Source: Octopus vulgaris (taxonomy: Eukaryota). From it: a stretch of DNA of 64,000 bases. Every line of letters starts with the position of its first letter. The first letter of the stretch is position 1. Shown here piece after piece: positions 52,731 through 64,000 of the stretch. The notes under the pieces are model-generated. The model had not been told where the DNA came from, searched no databases, and saw only the letters and a list, made by a program, of their open reading frames with translations. The stretch lies in the NCBI GenBank assembly GCA_951406725.2, contig OX597831.1, positions 50,654,001-50,718,000 of the forward strand, read 5' to 3'. Made by a program: the position numbers and the translations under genes.

Positions 52731-54605
52731 GGCTAAGATACTGGCATAATATACACCTATGGTATTTCCAGAAAACCACTCACCCGAATTCTAGGCTATC
52801 AGTACTGAGGAATTCAAATCAAATACTGAAATTCTTCACGTGTAGAAAATTCTACTTTCACAACGGTAAAAAAGTTAGGATTACTGATCATTTAAACATA
52901 TTGTTGGATTGAAATATATGTAGAATTTTTTAGGATATTTTGGGGTTGTCTTGTTGATGTGGTTCTTTTAATACTTGTTCTTATATGTATATTTTTAATC
53001 CTTTAATTTGAATTACCTTTCCATTTGTGATACAAATAAAATGAAAAAAGCATATTTTATAAATTCTTCTTCTCAATTTTCTTTTATTGACTTTTTAATT
53101 TTATGATATATAAAATTAATTTTATACATATATATATATATATAGAAAATTTCTTTAAGGGAAACGTTTTGAACATGCAAATAAAGCTCCTATTCCATTA
53201 TGCCGGCCAAAGTCTAGTGATGCTGACGGGTGAACCAGTTTTAAGGTTTGTATCGAACTGTACCAATATAGGATAAATATAGTAATAATAACAATAATCC
53301 TTGAATGGCATTTATAAAAATTTAAGGCATCGCTATGCGCCTTTCTTCAAATTAAATGACATGAAATGTGTATAAACGAGCGTAGAGATTCCTTAAATGT
53401 TCAGGAATTCCATCTGAGGATTATTGATATTATTACTAGACAATTTTATCAGGTCTCTTACGTTTGCGCTTCAGCAGTTTTGTTGGAAATAGTCCATCAA
53501 TATTCCTCATGTTGCTATATATTTATGCATTAATTAGCAGTAATCTAGTGCAGTAATCTATAGCCGTGTGTTCAACTAATGGCTTACTGGCAGCATCGGG
53601 ATACATTGGAAAACAGTAGTTTTTTTCTTGTAGCTGTTGACCAATACTGCAATATTTTCCAAAGGAACCTATCATAATCGGCGGCATTCTTGCTCGCATC
53701 TTGAGTGTTTACAGGTTCCACTTTCTCTTTTAATCATTAGAGGAACTTACATACGAACTGTTAAATGATGTAACGTGTCTAAGAGACACTCCACTCCATG
53801 TCAATTTTAGCCTCATTTACAAGATTACGGGAGATGAACCTATGCATTACCATTTTTAGTTATGCTGAGTGCTTCTTTTCTATTCTAATGGAATACTATA
53901 GTAGTGGAGTTGTACGAACGTAAGTAATTTTTTAGGGGTTTGCTACCAATCCATAGTACTCTATGATTAGGTTGATGCAATTGCTTTCTGCTGCCCTTGT
54001 TTAGCAGATACTGATGATATCATACAACATTCGGAGATTGCATGGACTAATTTTAAAATTCATCCTCAGAATTTGTTTCTGAGATACAACCTGTCAATAT
54101 TCCTATATCTCTGCAATCTTCCAAGTGATATCAAAACTTTGTGTGCGTATAAATGTGTGTATGTGTGTTTATGTGTGAACGCTCATACTACTGTTTACTT
54201 TTACGCATTTATACTCTTGTTTCCCGCTATCCTGGATATAAGTTTCCGAATTCAAAACGATCTAAAAGGTTTGTGAATTATCACTTGCGTGCATAGATTG
54301 AATTGAATTACTAACTGCACTAAAGATTGATTCAGCAAGGTTTAAACTGGTTTTTACGTATTGCTTACATGCAAAAGCAGACAAATAAACGTTTTCTTAC
54401 CACAAGTTTTTTTTTCCTCTATTTTTTTTTCCTTGTGAGGAGATAAATAACAGAGTAACATTAGCGAAAAGTAACATTAGTGAAAAAGCAAAACAAAATA
54501 CAACTCCTATTATCTGCATTCGAGAAAGAAGCGGGGGAGGTAATGGGGGAGGTGCTGGTAGCAGCAGAGTGCTGGACAAAATGATTTACATTATTTAAAA
54601 TAACC

Positions 54606-54826
54606 TGTGGTAGTGATCGGGAAGAATGGTAAAAGTGTTGGGTAAAAATCTTAACTTGATTTAGTCCGACTCATTTCTTTCTGAGTTCAAACTCCACCGG
54701 GGTCGACTTTGTCTTTCTGTTCTTAACAGGGTTGCTAAAATAAGTACGGGTCAAGTATTGGGGTCACTAATTGATTTTCCCAACTACTGTCAAAATAGCT
54801 GACTCGTGCCAAAATTAAAAACAATT
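54606..54826 (+). mobile_element. SINE family B, diverged
   Basis: ttctgagttcaaactccaccggggtcgactttgtctttc...aaaataagtac. Confidence 0.8.
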
Positions 54827-55049
54827 GTTTATAATATCCCACCTGTCTCTATTCAAATATCACTAGAACACAAATTTTATTATATTGCCCTGTTATGATT
54901 CTATTCACATTAAGGATCGTTTAAAAGTATCGAACTCAGTATTTAAGCGGTACTTTAATTTATTGAATCCCAGATGATTAAAGTAGAAACGAACCTCAGC
55001 GGGATTTAAACTCATCGTAAAGAGACGTAAGTAAATATTGATTTTACAT

Positions 55050-55240
55050 TTTAGCATAAAACAAGCAATTCTGAGAGAGGTGGGTAAGTCGATTTCATCA
55101 ATCCCAGTGCTCAACTAGTACATACTTTATTCACTCCAAAAGGATGAAAAGCAAAGTCGACCTCGGCGGAATTTGAACTTAAAACGTGAAGACGAGCAAT
55201 GTGCCGCTAAGCATTTTGCCGGCATGTTAAGGATGCGGCA
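55050..55240 (-). mobile_element. SINE family B, diverged
   Basis: aaaggatgaaaagcaaagtcgacctcggcggaatttgaact. Confidence 0.8.
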
Positions 55241-55334
55241 TAATAAATGATAACAAAAAAAACCTACTAAATTAATTATTAACTGCATTTAATATAATGA
55301 AGAGGTAGAGCACCAACAGATTGTGGAGCCGAAG

Positions 55335-55712
55335 AATTGGATACGTCACGACGAAATGTACCCTGTCGCCGAGCTCTCCCCACTCGTGAGTTTCTCGCCA
55401 AAACCATGGTAGTGATTCCGCACTCGCTTTATTCGTGAGATATAGCACCTGCGGAATCCCATCTCTTCTCCAAGGTGTAAATGCATCTCAAAGGTCACCG
55501 TTTTAACATCGTTGTCGACATCCAGAGAAAATCGCAGGTGTTCGACTCACTTACAGAAAACGACTACCAAGCCATATTCCAAAAGAGGCAGGAACGCTGG
55601 GACCGCTGTATTGCTGCGCAAAGTGACTATTTCGAAAGAGATGAAGTTAAAACTTAGTTATGTTATTTTTTATTAAACATACCTAGTCCTGAGACATTTT
55701 GATATCACCTCG
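55335..55712 (+). mobile_element. 3' fragment of a mariner element
   Basis: Degenerate IPHSLYS*DIAPAESHLF, LKGHRF, QERWDRCIAAQSDYFERD; ends ttttgatatcacctcg|TA. Confidence 0.85.
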
Positions 55713-55724
55713 TATCCTATTTGA

Positions 55725-55908
55725 GGTGCTAGCTGATAGAATCGTTAACGAACTGTGTTTAGCAGTATTTCGTCTGTCTGTACCGAAGGCGACTTTACCT
55801 TTCCTCAGCTCGGAGTCGATAAAATAAGTAAAAGTTGAACACCGGGGCCGATGTTAACGTCTTACCCCCACTTCGTAAATTCTGGCCATATACCAAAATT
55901 TGAAACCA
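55725..55908 (+). mobile_element. SINE family B (tail 2), internally deleted
   Basis: gctgatagaatcgttaac...gtcgataaaataagta...ccaaaatttgaaacc. Confidence 0.75.
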
Positions 55909-56088
55909 AAAGAGTTGTTCCATATACTTTATTATTTCTTTTAATCTTTTTGTGTAAACGGTGTAGTTCCTTTATTTGCCCCTTCTTTCCTTTTTCTTTT
56001 CAACATTCGCCAGTTTTTCTTGACTTATATGTTTGTCACAACCATCTTGTAATTGTTTTAGGTATTACTATTTAACGTTTATATATAC

Positions 56089-56121
<33 letters not shown>

Positions 56122-57407
56122 CGAGGGGCGTTCAATACGTAATGCCCCTGACCCACTTCCCATAGCAGTAGAGCAACGAAATTTAGCACAGTTATTAGTC
56201 TTTTTCTACATAGGAACCACCCAAAGTTACGCATTTCTCCCGTCGTTTGATGCAGCTCTGGAGACCGTTTTAGTAGAAGACCCCAGCTTGGTCCTCCAAC
56301 CACGACGTGACTTCAGAAATCAAGGCTGCATCATCTGGGAAACGCTTTCCTTTCAAAAACAACTTCATGGCTGGGAAGAGGTGAAAATCAGAGGGTGCAA
56401 GGTCAGGAGAGTAGGGGGGATGGGGAGGAGTTCATAGCCACACGCCTGTGCTTCTGATCTGGCGACACGCGAGTTGTGGACCGGAGCGTTGTCCTGCAGG
56501 AGGAGGATGCCTTTTCTGATCTTGCCCCGCCTCTTGATTTTGATAGCTTCTCTTAATTTCCTCAAAAGTGAAGCATAATAGGCTCCTGTAATTGTGGTAC
56601 CCTTTGCCAGGAAATCTGTCATCACTACTCCGTCCTGGTCCCAGAAGACTGTGAGCATGACCTTGCCAGCAGAGAGCTACACCCTTTCCTTCTTTGGAGA
56701 AGGTGAGTCACGGTGCTTCCACTGCATTGACTGGGCTTTGGTCTCTGGATCATAGTGATGGACCCAGGTTTCATCCTGTGTAATCAGTCTTTTGAAAAAT
56801 TTTGACTCATCTTCTTGGCACATCTCCAAATTCATCCTCGAGCACTTGACGCGTTCTTGCTTCTGGAAAGGTGTGAGCAACCTGGGAATCCATCTGGCAG
56901 ACACCTTTTGCATATGCAAATGGTCATGAATGATAGTTTCCACAGACCCGGTACTAATCTTGACCTGATGGGCTATTTGGCGAATAGTTATGCGTCGATC
57001 TTCCAAAATGGCAGCTTCAACTTGACGGACAGATGCCTCATCAATGGCAGAAGGGGGTTGACCAGATCTGGGAGCTGTTTCCACAGAGTTCCGACCACTT
57101 TTGAATTCACGATGCCAGCGTTTTACAAGGTCATATGATGGGGCATCATAAGTTACTTTCATTTCATCAAAAGTCTCCCGTGGTGTGCGTCCTTTCAAAT
57201 ACAAAAACCGGATCACTGCTCGACACTCAAAGGGCTCCATTTCACACTTGACTCAGTTCAAACACCTGTAAATCAGAAACCACAATCAGTTCAGAGCTGT
57301 AATTTGCCGCTTAATCGATGGAGATATAAATAATTGCACATGCAAAATTTCAGCTAGATCAAACAACTGCAAGTGGGTCAGGGGGATTACTTATTGAACG
57401 TCCCTCG
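56122..57407 (-). mobile_element. Full-length mariner (DD34D) transposon, 1286 bp
   Basis: TIRs cgaggggcgttcaatacgtaatgcccctgacccactt / aagtgggtcagggggattacttattgaacgtccctcg; TA flanks within (TA)n. Confidence 0.97.
56196..57240 (-). pseudogene. Mariner transposase pseudogene
   Basis: WIPRLL, ITQDETWVHHYDPETK, KVMLTVFWD, LQDNAPVH, (H)PPYSPDLAPSDFHLF; in-frame TAG at 56677-56679, one frameshift near 56415-56425 and one late stop. Confidence 0.95.
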
Positions 57408-57435
57408 TATATATATATATTTATGTATATATATT

Positions 57436-57494
<59 letters not shown>

Positions 57495-57840
57495 GTATAT
57501 ATATATATATATATATATATACATGCATATATACATAACATATACATATATACATATATATATACATATATATCATACATATATATATATACATATATAT
57601 AATTGTATATTATGTTTTTTTACATATATATATCTAGAATAGATAAATACATTTTCTATCTATTTATTCTTACCATAAAAATTAATATTTAACATTATAA
57701 TCGATTGTATGACATAATCATAATCGTTAAAGTTTCTAGTTTGCTAAAAAGGTTTTTTATAAGAAAATTTTTTTTTATTTCATTTATTTCTTAAAAAAAT
57801 ATTGTTTAAATATATTTGATTATTTATTTAACTATTATCA

Positions 57841-57942
57841 TTAACCTGCAGATTGACTATAGCCATAATTCGAATTATTAATTGAATTTAAATTATTGTA
57901 ATTCGAATTACGTTATGGGCATGAAACGATCGCAGTGGTTTT
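57841..57942 (+). ncRNA. Degenerate paralog of the long-stem-II hammerhead
   Basis: taac-CTGCAGA-TTGACTATAGC...taattcgaatta x2...GTTATGGGCAT-GAAA-CGATCGCAGT-ggtt; core mutated. Confidence 0.45.
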
Positions 57943-58261
57943 ACTTTTTATCTTATATTAAACTTTTTCATACTTTTTGATAGTTATATATATTTAATAT
58001 ATTTAAAAAAATAAATAAATAAATAAAAATAAAATAAAAATATAAATATAAATAAAAATAAAAATAAATAAATATATATATTTAAATAAATATTTATAAA
58101 TATAAATTTATAATTTTAAATTTTTAACTTTAAATTTAAATAATTTAATTTTTAATTTTATATTTAATATATTAGTATATTATATAATTAATTTTAATTT
58201 CTATGTTTTGGTTTATGTTTTTCACTGTTTGATTTGCCTAATAGTGGTTTTATCTCTAATT

Positions 58262-58308
<47 letters not shown>

Positions 58309-58318
58309 TATATATATG

Positions 58319-58368
<50 letters not shown>

Positions 58369-58383
58369 AAATATATATACATA

Positions 58384-59436
58384 TCATCTTGATCACCTTG
58401 ACCGACCAGTCCGTCAGGCGTCCATTTGACACCGCTGGTCACAGCACGCTGTCCACTCCTCTCTGGATCGCGCCTTTCTCATCCACGTGATCCCAATCGT
58501 CCTTCTGAAATCGTAACTCCACCGTCGTGGAGGTCTTCCGGGTGGTCTTTTCCGCTCGCGCTGGTACCACTCGACAACTGCGTGGGTCCACCGATTATCG
58601 GTGAGGCGGGCGACGTGTCCAGCCCATCTATTCTTGCTGCGTGTATACTCTGCGATGACATCTCTCACGCCGGACTTCTTTCTGATGATCTCGCTACTGA
58701 TGTGCTCTCTTAACAAGATACCAAGCATTGACCTTTCCATGGCTCTTTGAGCCGTTACCAGTCTCTGCTCTTCTTTCTTTGTGGTAGCCCATGTTTCACT
58801 ACCATATAACATTGCAGGTAGAACTGCACTGTTAATGAGGTTGGCGCGGGTGGTCCTGTCCAACCTTCCCTTGAGCACATCCCTTATGCCATTAAACGCC
58901 TTCCATCCGGCCCTTACTCTCCGTGAGATCTCCTTTTTGATATATCGGCACATATTCACTTCCTGTCCCAGGAAGACATATTCCCTTACCTCCTCTATTT
59001 CATCACTGCCGATCACCATTCGACCTGTTGGTACGTTGTCTGACTGCATGAACTTTGTTTTCATGAGGTTCATCTTGAGACCTACTGCAGAGCTTTTTAT
59101 GTCGAGCTCTGTCAGCATCGTCTGAAGCTGATCCGCGTTTTCAGCGATGAGTACGAAGTCGTCGGTGAAACGGAGGTGGGTGAAGAGCTCGCCATTGATG
59201 TTGACACCGCCTTGCCAGTCGATGCCTCTCATGATCTGTTCGAGACATGCGGTGAAAAGTTTTGCGGATACTGTATCTCCTTGCTTCACTCCCTTCTCGA
59301 CCGGCACTCGTATGGGTGATGACAGTAGAGCTATGTCTGTAGTGCATCCGGAATTTGCCTCCCTGAGCAGCTGCACATATTGCGCTTCGACTCCTTGCCT
59401 CTGCAGCGTGCTCAGCACTGCGTTTGTTTCGACGCT
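58384..59436 (-). mobile_element. RTE-clade LINE, 5'-truncated, RT C-terminal half in an open frame
   Basis: ~340 uninterrupted codons: [58 protein letters not shown]; short 3' tail; (TA)n on both sides. Confidence 0.96.
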
Positions 59437-59454
59437 ATATATATATATATACAT

Positions 59455-59522
<68 letters not shown>

Positions 59523-59637
59523 TTATATATATATATATATTTATACATATATATATATATATACTTATACATATATATATATGTATATATATATACATAT
59601 ATATATACTTATATATATATACATATATATATATACT

Positions 59638-59693
<56 letters not shown>

Positions 59694-59769
59694 GTATAGA
59701 TTCAAATGTATATGTAGCGTGAAACGATCGTACCAAACTACCGATGTTATTCTTGTTGCTTATTTTGAT

Positions 59770-59802
<33 letters not shown>

Positions 59803-61498
59803 TCATATCCTACATGTATTTTGTCTTAATCCTATTCGAAATTGAGAATCTTCTTTCGCGTGTTACTGTTTAACCTCCAAACAGTAACCTCGATTCCAAC
59901 TTAGAATATCGTTAATCAAGACATACCAACATTGACAATCTCGTCTTTCAAATTTCGTATTGCTTAGTCAAAAATAAAAAAGTAAAGCCAACATTCAATA
60001 AACCTTCACTCTTTACTTCTGAGAATGGTGGGGGAAAAGGATGTTATCTCGAAACTGAAACGGAAATTTGGTTTCTATTTCTAAGAGTATTAACTACCAA
60101 ATAGAGGTTCTTTCATTATATGAAAGTCCTTCTTTCAGTTGTAGAAAGGAAGTATAGTATGGACATGGAGTCAATAGTAACCATGGCCACGTCATGGAAG
60201 CGAAATTGAGCACACTATTGGATTTGAATATTCAGGTTCTAAAAAGATTTTCGTATCTTATGATTCCTCTGCAGAATGGATAAGGTATGGTTTTCAAGGT
60301 TATCATCTTGCACTCTTTTTGTGGAGAATTTTCTAGCAAGTCGCATTATAGCTTTGAGATGTCACTTGTTTATAATTTTCAATTATTCATTATATGGGAA
60401 GAACAAAATACTTCAATATTCGAGTTGTTATCAAAACATATTAAAGTTTTTTGAATTTAGATATTATTTCTTGTTTAGCAAATTAAGTATATTCTCTCAT
60501 AAAATATACTTCTATAATTATATACTTCTTAAATTATACTTCCATGATATATTTAATTGAATATGATCAAGTTCCCTGGTGATAAAGGGGGGAAAAACCA
60601 GTTTGAAATATTTTTATATTTACTCTTTCAGCTTTATATCAAATTATTGATATTGCTGGTAATGATTTACAATTGACGAAGGTTCTGCAATTGGGATGTT
60701 TGAGAAAAATTACAACATGATATTATTTATTACAAGAGGAAAGAACATAAACAAAAAGGGTAAAATACAACTGTGTTAAGAAATATTCTCGTAATACTTC
60801 ATTGCAGAAATGCTAATAATCGATATTTCATTGGCTCATGGCAACCTAATTTTGATAAAATAATGGTAAAAATGTAATAGAGATCATGCAAATTTTTATA
60901 ATACTTTTATTGTTATCTCTTCTAAAGATTACCGAGACCTGCCTATCGTGTCTAATAACATCATGAAAAGTCACGTCATTTTAAAGTTTTCAGATTGAGC
61001 CTAATCAGATGAGCTTTGCCGTTGTTGCTGTTGTATTGATGGTATAGTTATTGGTGCGGCTGTTGTCGTTATATTTTTGTTGTTACTATTTAGCTCTGCT
61101 TCAAATTAAGATAAATTCCAATAGATGAAATTTTCGGAATATGCTGAATAATCTTTAGAAGTATATCAAACACAAAATACACGTCTCGACCATTTTCAGC
61201 AGAGATAACAAAATTACTTTAAAACACTTGAACTAATTGGACTTTTGTTCTTTAACAATGGGTTCAATAGTAATTGAACAGACCTCAGATCAATAACGTT
61301 CCATCCGTGATTATTTTACCATTCTATTTCCAATACAATGTAACTAGGACTATACTGTCCAATGATTTCTTCCTTTCTGAGATGGCCTGTGATCTGAAGG
61401 CGGTTTGAGTGCTATTTCTAGTATTTCGAACTACTTACGAAGAAGCTCTCAGGTTGGCTTAAATCTCGAATCAGTCAATGCTTTGGAACTAGATATTG

Positions 61499-61569
<71 letters not shown>

Positions 61570-62257
61570 ATGTATGTATGTATGTATATGAATTGCTAAC
61601 GTGTTTTAAATCTGTAAAATGCAGTGAGCCATCAATTGGAGATGGTGTATATGAATCAATAAAGCGAAACCTAGACATAGAGCAATAATAGATATTGCTT
61701 TTTATCAGAAATACTTGTTTAGCCATTCCTTTTCCTTGAGCTTAAGGACTCATGACATTGGCTACTCGTTTCGTACTTGAAATAAATTTAGGCATAGTGA
61801 TGAAATTTATCATTCCTGTTTAAGATTACAGCAGATGTTTCTGTAGCTAAATCATGCATACAGAGAAATACCGGAAAACTATCGATAGCAACATTGCTAC
61901 AGTATTTTGCCTAGTGCTGAGGTATTATCCATGATCAGGAAAACATTCTTTTTCATCCAGTTAATGACCACGCTTCACAGTCTGACTTGAGGTCGTCTAT
62001 TGTACGTGACATTGCTGCATCTTATAACAGTTCAGTTTATATCTTCACGTCACATTACAAACGAGAAAATATTGCAATGAAAGAGTTCCAGTGATCGTGC
62101 GACTGGCTCAAAGTAGCAGTGAGATCTCCTTCAAACTTCACACATCTTGAAAATGTTTGAATATACGAACTAACCCATTCCTTGTGATAACGTTCCGAGA
62201 AAGAAATCGGAATTCTTACACATAGGACGCTTGATTTAGAAGAATAAAGTTCGTCAA

Positions 62258-62672
62258 AGGCGCAGGCTTGGTTGTGTGGTTAAAAATCTTTCGTTCAAAT
62301 CGTATGATCTTGGTTTTAGTCTCACTACATCGCACCTTGGGCAAGTGTCTTTTATTATAGCTCTAGGTCAACCAAAACCTTGGGAGTGAGCTTGGTAGAC
62401 GGAAACTAAAAGCCCACCATATATGTATGTGAGTGTGCCTTATTGTTTGTGCTGTAGTTGTTCTCTCTGCCATACCACCAACGTTTGATAACCCATGTTA
62501 GTTCGTTTACGTCAACGTAGCTTAACGCTTCAGTAAAAATAAATTATAGAATACGTTCCAGGGGGAAAAATAAGCACTGAGGCCGGTTTATTTGACTAAA
62601 CTCTTGAAGGCAGTGCCACAGCATGGCCGCAGTCCAGTCACTGAAACAAAATATAAGCTTAAAAGATAAAAG
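62258..62672 (+). mobile_element. SINE family A, older subfamily
   Basis: aggcgcaggcttggttgtgtggtt...caccttgggcaagtgtc...gcatggccgcagtccagtcactgaaac. Confidence 0.85.
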
Positions 62673-63879
62673 AAAGAAGCGATATAACCAAACAATTTAA
62701 TGAATAGTACGGTACGATGAATGTCGGTATTCTTAAATAGAGGAAAGCTGAAATAAGGTTCATCATAAATTTCGAGTCAATATTATTTTGAAAAATAAAT
62801 TAACAGAACTTGATATTCAAACATTTTATTTGCTTGGCAGATTATTTTATTAAATACTTAAAGGAACAGTATTTGTAATAAAGCCACGTAAATCCACCAT
62901 CTAACGAAGCGGTAAGCTTTATTGATAAAACAATTTTAATTATACGGTAGCAATTTTCTCTGTGAAATCAACGGTTGCAAGCAAAATTACTTTTATTTCA
63001 TTACTTTCTTGAATTTACATTTTTCACTAATGCTTTCTCGGTTTTAAGGCGTCTTTTCAACAGCGAAACGCAAGCCGCTAATTCATATTTGCATATAAAG
63101 AAAAATACCTTTTTGAAATATTCTATTTTCCCTAACAAAATCTTGAATATTTCATCCGAAATTTTTCAGCGTAACATCACACACACACATACACACACAC
63201 GCACACACACACGCAAACATATATATCGTACTTTGTGGTACTCAAGACGCACTGTGTTATGAAATACTTTGAAGATTATCGTGCATTTTCCAAGAAGCTA
63301 GTTGAGAATCGCAGAACAGTTCATGAGAAGAGCAACAAACCACCATGTAGGTGACTATTTCTTTGTTATCTCGCTCAACGATGAGCAGAAGCATTCAACG
63401 GTGTTGCCTGCTAATTTTGTCTAACAATAGTTACTTAGGCATTTAGCATGTGCCTGCCGGTCAATTTCCGATCTTTTGGATGGGGCTATGATGAGAATTG
63501 TTTCTCCTAGAATTAAATTTACAAAGATCAAGCTGCCTCTTCCACTATGTTTTATCTACAAAGCCACAAAATACAATATATGCATACTTGCCCCACACAC
63601 ACACACACAGGCGCACATACATACGTACATACATATATACATGTATACACAAATATATATCAGCGCCAAGCAGTGTTTAAGCATAAACAAAATTTAGGTT
63701 AGTTAAAATATGTTTGTGACATATTTTAACAGCTAAAAAGCAAATTCACTGCAGTAGTCGCGAGGAAAAATTCCTTCTTTTGGTAAAAAAGTGTAAAAAC
63801 ACATATCTACCCAGAGACGCCACATGTCAGGCATACATACACATACATACATACATACATACATACATACATACATACA

Positions 63880-63913
<34 letters not shown>

Positions 63914-63963
63914 AACTTATCATATCTGTAATAGATAAACTTAAATATATAAAAAAAACAAAA

Positions 63964-64000
63964 GTCGGCGAGCTGGCAGAAACATTAGCACGCCGGGCGA
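63964..64000 (+). mobile_element. Start of a SINE family B copy (cut by the window edge)
   Basis: tcggcgagctggcagaaacattagcacgccgggcga. Confidence 0.85.

Noticed and set aside
52798-52845. CTGAGGA...GAAA spacing suggestive of a hammerhead
   Set aside because: No convincing stem II or stem I; may be a decayed relative but cannot be supported.
53300-54130. Coding-like composition, possibly a decayed retroelement (similarly ~14600-15090 and ~51100-51560)
   Set aside because: I could not recover diagnostic motifs by eye; needs tBLASTn/RepeatMasker.
59437-59736. N-terminal ~100 aa of the 440-aa ORF
   Set aside because: (TA)n read-through upstream of the truncated RTE.

Overview
AT-rich, microsatellite-saturated eukaryotic DNA with no recognisable host protein-coding gene, consistent with intergenic sequence or a very large intron. 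The SINE repertoire and the (TA)n/(GATA)n/(CA)n/(TAA)n density strongly suggest a coleoid cephalopod, probably Octopus (inference). Most listed ORFs are microsatellite artefacts. Real coding remnants are all transposon-derived: a full-length mariner, an internally deleted Tc1, CR1-like APE, RTE RT, R4/Dong-type RLE LINEs and L1/Tx1-like ORF1 pieces. About 30 tRNA-headed SINE copies are built from interchangeable head/body/tail modules; the family labels A-D and tail labels are my own. The most notable non-obvious signals are: (1) at least six hammerhead-ribozyme-like motifs of four architectures, in non-coding elements mostly embedded in (TA)n (Penelope-pLTR/retrozyme-like), two of them in the arms of a long inverted repeat; (2) reciprocal SINE chimeras; (3) SINE tails matching the 3' ends of LINE remnants in the same window; (4) several fold-back elements and local duplications. 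All alignments, identities and folds were judged by eye, and boundaries are approximate.
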